A stretch of 64,000 nucleotides of DNA from an uncultured Spirochaetales bacterium (GTDB taxonomy: Bacteria; Spirochaetota; Spirochaetia; Treponematales; JBGSOB01), in assembly GCA_964538705.1 (NCBI GenBank), contig CAZIEI010000003.1, positions 62-64,061 of the forward strand, written 5' to 3'. The notes under the pieces were generated by a model. The model was not told where the DNA came from. It did not search any database and saw nothing but the letters and a program-made list of their open reading frames with translations. Made by a program: the position numbers and the translations under genes. Below, one piece after another: positions 54,231 to 64,000 of this stretch. Within the stretch, counting starts at the first letter, position 1, and every line of letters starts with the position of its first letter.

Positions 54231-54885
54231 CGCGCCTCCTTCCGCCGATCCGTACGCCGGCGAAGGCGAAGAGGAGGAAGATCGCCGCGAGGGCGATCGT
54301 CGATCCGATGCAGATCAGCGAACCGTGGAGCGGACCGCCCGAGAGGGCGTTCCACGCCTGATAGAAAGGATTGAGCAGGTCCAATCGTGGAACGAGAAGG
54401 GTCGAGAAGAACCAGATGAAGAGGAGGAGAGTGCCGATGAATCCGCCGTCCTCTCCCATCGTAAGAGTCGCCGAGAGCCCGACGCCGAGGCCGAGGAGGA
54501 AGAGTGGTGGCCAAGCGAGGGCCGCGAGGATAGTCGGCCCCGCCTGAGGCGCCCACACGAATGCCATGAGAGCGACCGGCGGCGAGAGGAAGGCAAGGGC
54601 CGCGAAATACCCGAGGCCCGCGGCGAGGGCCTTCCCCGCGAGAATGTGGAAGGCCGACGTTCCGTCGGGGAGGTTCCGTTCCCATTCGCTCGACCTCCCG
54701 CGCGCCTTGGCCCCCTGGTACCAGCCCCATCCGAGAGACCAGGCCCCGAGCGTCCAGACGATGAAGATCGGACGGGCCGCGGAAAAGGCGGTGATGGCGA
54801 AGACGAGCGCGGCGGAGACGGCGAGCGGCCGTCCCATCCTGAGGCGGATCCATTCGCGCCATTCGGCGAGGAAGCAGGTGAACAT
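54223..54885 (-). CDS. Polytopic membrane protein (about 6 TM), ABC-2-permease-like size and topology
   Basis: 220 aa, very hydrophobic and Trp/Gly/Leu-rich. It overlaps both neighbours. No family was recognised with confidence. Confidence 0.6.
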   Translation of the reverse strand: MFTCFLAEWREWIRLRMGRPLAVSAALVFAITAFSAARPIFIVWTLGAWSLGWGWYQGAKARGRSSEWERNLPDGTSAFHILAGKALAAGLGYFAALAFLSPPVALMAFVWAPQAGPTILAALAWPPLFLLGLGVGLSATLTMGEDGGFIGTLLLFIWFFSTLLVPRLDLLNPFYQAWNALSGGPLHGSLICIGSTIALAAIFLLFAFAGVRIGGRRRDA

Positions 54886-56546
54886 TATCGGCCCCCTTCT
54901 GCCGCGCCGAGTCCGGTAACGGCGGGCTCGGCCCAGAACGCGGTCTCAGGCGCCCGGCCTTGGACCGTGAAGCCGACCGAGGGAAGCTCGCGCTTCCCGA
55001 ACGCCACGTCCGCGCCCGGGAAGGCCGCGGCGACCGATCGCATCCAGGGCTCCTCCGCGAGCGCCCAATCCGGAAGGGCTCCCGCGGCCGCAGGCAACAA
55101 CTCTCCGTCTTTACCGATGATCAGCTCGGCGCCGCCTCCGCGGACACCAGCGAGCGCGCCCGCGGGAAGGAGACCCGCGAGCCTGACGCTTCCATCGCCG
55201 ACCGAGAGGACGGAGAGATAAGGAACCTCGAACTCATGGCGCCACGCGAAGAGCGAAGAGGGATCCAAGGTCCCGCGCTCGGCATCCTCGAGGGCGACGC
55301 GGATCAAGCGGGGCTGGCCGAGGCCCGCGGCGCTCGCACCGGCGCCGCGCACCCGGATATCCGCGAGCACGCCCGCTCCGAGAGGAAGGGCGACCATCCT
55401 GATCTCGGCGCTCGCGCCCCGGTTCCACGTACGATCGATCGCCGCGCCCGCGATCGAGAGACCCGCGAACGAGAGGACCGCGCCGGCGAGCGCGACGGCG
55501 AGACGCCGCTTCCGCGCGAGGAGGAGCGCCGAGGCGACGGCGGCCCACGCGCCCGCCGCGATAGCGACGCCCGCGGTCGGCGGCGGGTCCTCGATCGGCG
55601 AGGCTGAGGACGCATCCGCGTCCGATGGCCGGTCCTCGATCGCGAACCGCGATGCGTTCAGCCTCCGCGCCTCGTCGTAGGGCGGCATCGCGAGCGCGTC
55701 CTTCCAAAAATCCGGGTCGCGCGAATCGAGGGCATAGCCGGGGCCGCGCTCGATGAGGACGACGCGTCCCATGCCGAAGGGCACAGCGCTGAATCTCTTC
55801 CCCGCGGCGAGGTCGGCACGATCGAAGTCGATGTAGCGCTCAGGCCGCCCCCCGACGACGGCCACCGCGCCGCCGCCCGAGGCGAAGGCGCTGAGCGCAT
55901 CGCGCTGTGACGGGCTCAACGAGAGGGCTTCCCCGTCGATAATGACGGCGCCCACGGCGTCGTAGTCCAGGGCCGAGGAGGGGAAATCCCGGGATGCGGA
56001 CTGGGGTGCATGGACGGGTTCGATCGGAAAAAGAAATCCCGCTACGGCGTTCCGCGCGGCCGCGCTGAGCCCGTTGCAAAGAATCGCGTGCCCCGGGAAG
56101 GTCGATTGCCAAGGATTAAGGAGCTCACGCGCGATAAGCCGCCGTCCGTCGCGCACCGACACCTCGATCTCGAGGAGTCCTTGGTCCAGGAATATCGGGC
56201 ACTCCGCCCGCCCGGACGCGTCGAGGGGAAAGGACTCGGAAGCGGTCGCCGGACTCGAGGAGCGGCTGCGGACAGAGCTTCCCGTCTCCTTGGTTCCTCG
56301 ATAGACGCGGCGTAATTCGACGCGGCCGCGCTCAGGCGGCGGATCGATGCTGACCCAGAGGGGATTCCAACGCCGTGGTACGCCTCGCCCGCCGATCCCG
56401 AGCCTGACATCGACCCTGGATTGATCAGCTTCCAGGAAACCCGCGGCGGTTATATAGAAAAGAACGGCCACGATCCGGATCCGCCGGGAGATCCGGCGAG
56501 GGGACAGAGTCGAATCGGGTCGTTTTCGTCCTTTCATATAACCCAT
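54885..56546 (-). CDS. Membrane-anchored hypothetical protein (553 aa), first gene of the MoxR/VWA operon
   Basis: N-terminal TM IRIVAVLFYITAAGFL and two further TM segments near residues 325-375. No SD precedes either candidate ATG (56546 or 56537). Tandem TATAAT boxes lie immediately upstream. Confidence 0.55.
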   Translation of the reverse strand: MGYMKGRKRPDSTLSPRRISRRIRIVAVLFYITAAGFLEADQSRVDVRLGIGGRGVPRRWNPLWVSIDPPPERGRVELRRVYRGTKETGSSVRSRSSSPATASESFPLDASGRAECPIFLDQGLLEIEVSVRDGRRLIARELLNPWQSTFPGHAILCNGLSAAARNAVAGFLFPIEPVHAPQSASRDFPSSALDYDAVGAVIIDGEALSLSPSQRDALSAFASGGGAVAVVGGRPERYIDFDRADLAAGKRFSAVPFGMGRVVLIERGPGYALDSRDPDFWKDALAMPPYDEARRLNASRFAIEDRPSDADASSASPIEDPPPTAGVAIAAGAWAAVASALLLARKRRLAVALAGAVLSFAGLSIAGAAIDRTWNRGASAEIRMVALPLGAGVLADIRVRGAGASAAGLGQPRLIRVALEDAERGTLDPSSLFAWRHEFEVPYLSVLSVGDGSVRLAGLLPAGALAGVRGGGAELIIGKDGELLPAAAGALPDWALAEEPWMRSVAAAFPGADVAFGKRELPSVGFTVQGRAPETAFWAEPAVTGLGAAEGGR

Positions 56547-56627
56547 TATAACCTATTATAAGGCATTAGGGGGCTTGAACGCTAGATCCCGTTGACCCTT
56601 CCCTACCCTTTTAGGCAGGATGTGCCT

Positions 56628-60353
<3,726 letters not shown>

Positions 60354-60431
60354 GGCGGCGCGGCCGGGGCGGCGCGGAACGTCCGCGGCCTTCACCGCCC
60401 CGCGGAAAGCCGCCGCCGGGACCCGCGCTCC

Positions 60432-60459
60432 TTACGGACGAACGGGGCTGTAGTATACT
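60432..60459 (+). promoter_or_regulatory. Candidate sigma70-type promoter
   Basis: TTACGG (60432-60437), a 16-nt spacer, then TATACT (60454-60459). It sits about 50 nt upstream of the ATG at 60512. Confidence 0.3.
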
Positions 60460-60511
60460 GGTGAGCGTCGGGCGCTCCGGATACGCGCCCCTCATCCGAA
60501 AAGGGGTTTTC

Positions 60512-62176
60512 ATGCGCGTTTCCAGATCGGCCGCCGCTTTCGTCATCGCCTTCCTCGCCCTCCTCGTTCCCGGCGCCCTCCCGGCGCAATCCGATGCCGC
60601 GGCGGCCTCCGAGCCGGATGTCCCGGCGCCGAGCCCCGCGCCGACAGAGCGCGCTCAGGCCGCCGAACCGCTCGCCTCCCCCGACGCCGCCGGAACGGAG
60701 ACGACGGCGGACGAGAAGGCGGGGACGTACATGATCGGCACGGGCGCGGACGTCTATCTGGGCGCGTTCCAGTGGAAGCCCGCCCTCGCCTCGGACGCGC
60801 TCAACCTCCGCATGGCCTACGACGGCGAACTCTTCGATTCCGCGACCTCCGTGACCGCCATGAACGACGGCGCCTTCGCGACGCACAACGCCTTCGAACT
60901 CGGCCACTACTTCCTCATCGACGAGGCCTGGGCCCGCCTCTCCCATAAAGGCCTCGCGCTCTCGGGCGGAAAGGCCGCCGCGAAGGACGTCCTCGAATCG
61001 CCCTACTCGGTTTTCCTCTCGAGCGAGTCCATCCCCGCGGTCTTCACGGAATTCTCCTGGGACTCGCCCCACTTCGCCTACCGCACCAGGTGGATCCAGC
61101 TCAATTCAAACTCGATCATGGCGTTCAACGGGACCGAGGGCGGCATGCCGATCATCGATCGCGGCATGAACTTCAAGACCTACTCCGTCGAGCTCGGCGA
61201 CCTCAAGTTCGGCTTCGAGGACTGCCTCGTGTACCTGGGGCGGAGCTTCGACGCAGAGGCCTTCCTCTCGCCCGTGCCCATGTTCGTCATCGAAATGGTG
61301 AACACTTCGGGAGGACGCCCCGGCCAGGAGGAGGGCAACACCAACAGCCTCCTCGGCGCCTTCGTGGAGTACAAGAAGCCCGATTGGGACGTAGGCGGCC
61401 AGCTCCTCATGGACGACATCAACGCCGGCTTCCTCGCGCCCGTCCTGGGTTGGGCCATCCCTTCCCTCAAGGACATCAAGAACCTGAGCAAGCTCGCGTG
61501 GACGATCGGCGGCAACTGGCGCAGCCCCTACGGCCTCTTCTCCTTCAACCACGGCGGCGCGACCGCGCATACGTTCCAGGCGACCTACAGCGAATCGACG
61601 TATTCGGGAGACGCGAGCGTGCCCGACTACAGCACCCTCCCCTACGATTACAGCTATTATCCCGTTACCGAGTACGAGAAGGACGGGAGCATGCAGCCCC
61701 TCCCGTACGTGAAGAACTACATCGGCTACAAGTACGGCGAGAACAACCTCGCCTTCCGCTTCGCCTACGCCAACGAGGCCTTCCCCCGCGAGCCCTGGGC
61801 CTTCGGTTACTCCGCGGCCCTCGAGTACGTGGTATCGGGCACGAAGTCCCCCGCGAACCCTTGGGCCGAGCACGAGAGCTGGTGGGAGATCGACGAGGGA
61901 CCGGCCGAACTCCTGGACGAGGACGTTCTCGAGCACCGCCTTGTGCTCTCGGGAGTGGCGGCCAAGGCCTGGCGCGGATGGACTTTCACTTTGGGAGCGG
62001 AGCTCGGCTACGTATGGAACAGGCTCGCCCTCGTCGAGGCGAGCGCGGGCGAGGCGAAGATGTGGAAACCCGAGGCGGGCGTCGGCAAGGGAATCATCGG
62101 CGTGAGGCTGGGCGCCTCTTACCGCTGGACCTTCCGCGACACCAAGAAGGAACGAACCGATGGAACCGAGAAATGA
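60512..62176 (+). CDS. Secreted beta-rich (outer-membrane barrel-like) protein, distant Wzi-like
   Basis: The start was trimmed to MRVSRSAAAFVIAFLALLVPGALPAQS. Strand pattern is aromatic-rich. Loosely similar to the downstream paralogue. Confidence 0.6.
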   Translation: MRVSRSAAAFVIAFLALLVPGALPAQSDAAAASEPDVPAPSPAPTERAQAAEPLASPDAAGTETTADEKAGTYMIGTGADVYLGAFQWKPALASDALNLRMAYDGELFDSATSVTAMNDGAFATHNAFELGHYFLIDEAWARLSHKGLALSGGKAAAKDVLESPYSVFLSSESIPAVFTEFSWDSPHFAYRTRWIQLNSNSIMAFNGTEGGMPIIDRGMNFKTYSVELGDLKFGFEDCLVYLGRSFDAEAFLSPVPMFVIEMVNTSGGRPGQEEGNTNSLLGAFVEYKKPDWDVGGQLLMDDINAGFLAPVLGWAIPSLKDIKNLSKLAWTIGGNWRSPYGLFSFNHGGATAHTFQATYSESTYSGDASVPDYSTLPYDYSYYPVTEYEKDGSMQPLPYVKNYIGYKYGENNLAFRFAYANEAFPREPWAFGYSAALEYVVSGTKSPANPWAEHESWWEIDEGPAELLDEDVLEHRLVLSGVAAKAWRGWTFTLGAELGYVWNRLALVEASAGEAKMWKPEAGVGKGIIGVRLGASYRWTFRDTKKERTDGTEK

Positions 62177-63866
62177 CAGGCGCATGAGCGCGAAGAAAGC
62201 GGACAGGGCGCCGGCCACCGCAGCGGCCAGCGTCCGCGTCATCGTCATGGCGATCCTCGCCGTCGCCGCGGTTTTCCCGGTGACGGCGCAGAACCTCCGC
62301 GCCGTGATCGACCTCGAATCTCCCGTGTACCGGATGATGGACGCCCTCTACCTGGAGTCCGGCAAGGCCCTCCCCAGCCAGGCCCGCCCCTGGACCGAGG
62401 CGGAGACCCTCGCCATCCTCGCGAGGCTGGACTCGGAAACCCTCTCGGACGCGGGGAAGGCCGCCTACCGCGCGATACAGGACGAGCTCGATGTCTCGCC
62501 GCTCTACGAGAGCGGCGGCTTCTCGTTCAACACGTCCGTCCGCGCGACGCCCGAGGCCTATCTCCACGTCCCGCTCTCCAAGGATCCGGGCGCCGCCGAG
62601 GAAACCTACGTCTGGAACCATGGCTACGACGAGCGAGCCCCCATCCTCGACGTCCCGCTCGAATTCCGTTTCGGCGATTCCTTCTTCCTCTTCGCGGGCG
62701 CGTCGCTCAAGGAGGAGCGCGCCACGGTCGATTCGGCGTGGAGGACTGACGGGAGCTTCGCGGACGGCGTGCTCGGCAACCATTCCAACATCCTCTTCGA
62801 CGATCCGAATCCGAGGCTGGACATCTACTTCCCCTTCCGGGCCTTCATGTCCGCGGGCGGCGAGCATTGGAACCTCCAATTCGGCAGGGACAAGCTGTCC
62901 TGGGGCAACGGCAATTCGGGAAACCTCGTGCTCTCCGACTACCCCGATTTCTACGACTTCATCTCCCTTACCTTCCTCTCCGACCGCTTCAAGATGACCA
63001 ACGTGTACGCGTCCTTCGACCCCTTCCTCGCGGACCCCGCCAACACGCGGCTCGCAATGCAGGCCTTCGTGGGACATCGCCTCGAGGCGCGGATCGGCGA
63101 GCGCTTCCTCGTCGCGATCAACGAGTCCCTCATGCTGGGAGACGATACGCTCGAGGGCGATCCCGTCCGGGACATGAACTTCATGATGGTCTTCCATAAC
63201 TGGCTCCTCACCGAGCGGGCGAACTCCCTCCTCAGCCTGGAGTTCCAGGCCAATCCCTGGCGCTACGTCACGCTCTACGGCCAGGCGGCCATGGACGAGT
63301 TCACCACCTCCTACGAGGCCGCGGGCGACGGGGGCGGCGGTCCGCCGATCTTCGGCTTCCTCGCCGGCGCCGAGGGCGCTTATCCGCTGGGAAAAGGCCA
63401 CATCTCGGGTTCGCTCGAGTGCGCGATCACTTCGCCCTGGCTCTATAATCGGAAGGCCTTCCCCTACTACTACGACGTTCGCCGCTACTGGTCGCTCACG
63501 ACCGACGAGTACGAATACGTGGCGAAGCCGATCGGCTATCGCTACGGCCCGGACGCCCTCGTCTTCTCCCTGAAGAGCGGATATGACGTGCCTGAGGGCC
63601 TCTCCTGCGCCCTCGACCTCCTCCTGGTATTCAAGGGAGAGAAGGACCTGGGTTCCACCTGGGCTCCTGCTCCCGGCGACGCGACTCCGTCGGGCGTCAT
63701 TGAGACCTCCTTCGTCGTCCACGCGGGCGCCGAGTACCCGATCCTCTCCTGGCTCTCCGCGGGAGGCGACGTCTATTTCGACTTCACGAGGAACCGCGAT
63801 CACGTCGAGGGCGCGTACCGCAACGATTTCGAGATCGCCCTACGCATGAGCGCGAAATGGCGATAG
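62160..63866 (+). CDS. Secreted outer-membrane protein, capsule-assembly Wzi-like
   Basis: Signal-like segment VIVMAILAVAAVFPVTAQ. WNLQFGRDKLSWGNGNSGNLVLSDYPDFYDFISL resembles the Wzi family core motif; this is from recollection and was not searched. It overlaps the upstream gene by 17 nt. Confidence 0.6.
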   Translation: MEPRNDRRMSAKKADRAPATAAASVRVIVMAILAVAAVFPVTAQNLRAVIDLESPVYRMMDALYLESGKALPSQARPWTEAETLAILARLDSETLSDAGKAAYRAIQDELDVSPLYESGGFSFNTSVRATPEAYLHVPLSKDPGAAEETYVWNHGYDERAPILDVPLEFRFGDSFFLFAGASLKEERATVDSAWRTDGSFADGVLGNHSNILFDDPNPRLDIYFPFRAFMSAGGEHWNLQFGRDKLSWGNGNSGNLVLSDYPDFYDFISLTFLSDRFKMTNVYASFDPFLADPANTRLAMQAFVGHRLEARIGERFLVAINESLMLGDDTLEGDPVRDMNFMMVFHNWLLTERANSLLSLEFQANPWRYVTLYGQAAMDEFTTSYEAAGDGGGGPPIFGFLAGAEGAYPLGKGHISGSLECAITSPWLYNRKAFPYYYDVRRYWSLTTDEYEYVAKPIGYRYGPDALVFSLKSGYDVPEGLSCALDLLLVFKGEKDLGSTWAPAPGDATPSGVIETSFVVHAGAEYPILSWLSAGGDVYFDFTRNRDHVEGAYRNDFEIALRMSAKWR

Positions 63867-63888
63867 GCCGGGCGGCGGTGGAGGAAGC

Positions 63889-64000
63889 TTGAGCGGAAAG
63901 AAGGGCCGATCCGGCAAAAGAGTCGCCATAATCGGCGCGGGGCTCTCGGGACTGTCCATCGCGGCGAGGCTCGCCAAGGCCGGTTTCGAGGTCACCGTCC
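63889..64000 (+). CDS. FAD/NAD(P)-binding oxidoreductase (phytoene desaturase/amine-oxidase-like), 3'-truncated by window end
   Basis: TTG at 63889 follows GGAGGAAG. The translation LSGKKGRSGKRVAIIGAGLSGLSIAARLAKAGFEVTV contains the dinucleotide-binding GxGxxG fingerprint. Confidence 0.55.
   Translation, partial: MSGKKGRSGKRVAIIGAGLSGLSIAARLAKAGFEVTV

Noticed and set aside
56547-56627. Cobalamin or SAM riboswitch upstream of metH
   Set aside because: The whole intergenic region is 81 nt. It is shared with the divergent operon promoter and contains no B12-box or SAM-I core, so it is too short for either aptamer.

Overview
High-GC (roughly 65-70%) bacterial chromosomal window with about 45 credible genes. 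The lineage call is inference only: a diderm, flagellated organism, most compatible with Spirochaetota. This rests on the flgN-flgK-flgL-fliW-csrA block, lipobox lipoproteins, an LptD-like protein and a Bat-like MoxR/DUF58/VWA operon. Many long ORFs in the six-frame track are Arg/Gly/Pro/Ala-rich shadow frames of real genes, typical of high GC, and I rejected them. Several real genes needed start-codon trimming. Recognisable housekeeping content: rlmI-like methyltransferase, ppk1, ppx, ROK glucokinase, tRNA-Ala(GGC), deoD, rpsL-rpsG, DUF72, DUF1015, a class I aminotransferase, a phosphohexomutase, icd, dapB and metH. I see no CRISPR array, integrase, transposase, phage gene or recognisable defence system. 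Items worth a second look: (1) an eight-gene, 12.7-kb minus-strand operon in which every junction overlaps; it combines MoxR, DUF58, three VWA domains, three unknown membrane proteins and a secreted PA14-like/alpha-beta hydrolase. (2) A 193-bp tandem duplication of the rpsG 3' end plus a structured downstream element, with synonymous and compensatory differences and a 25-bp hairpin spanning the rpsG stop codon. (3) A 195-bp MITE-like element with TA duplication inserted in a tight operon junction. (4) A cytoplasmic LacI-type sugar-binding domain fused to an MCP signalling domain. (5) A low-GC islet near tRNA-Ala. (6) A translationally coupled glucokinase-ppx-ppk chain. All family assignments come from motif recognition by eye; no searches were run.
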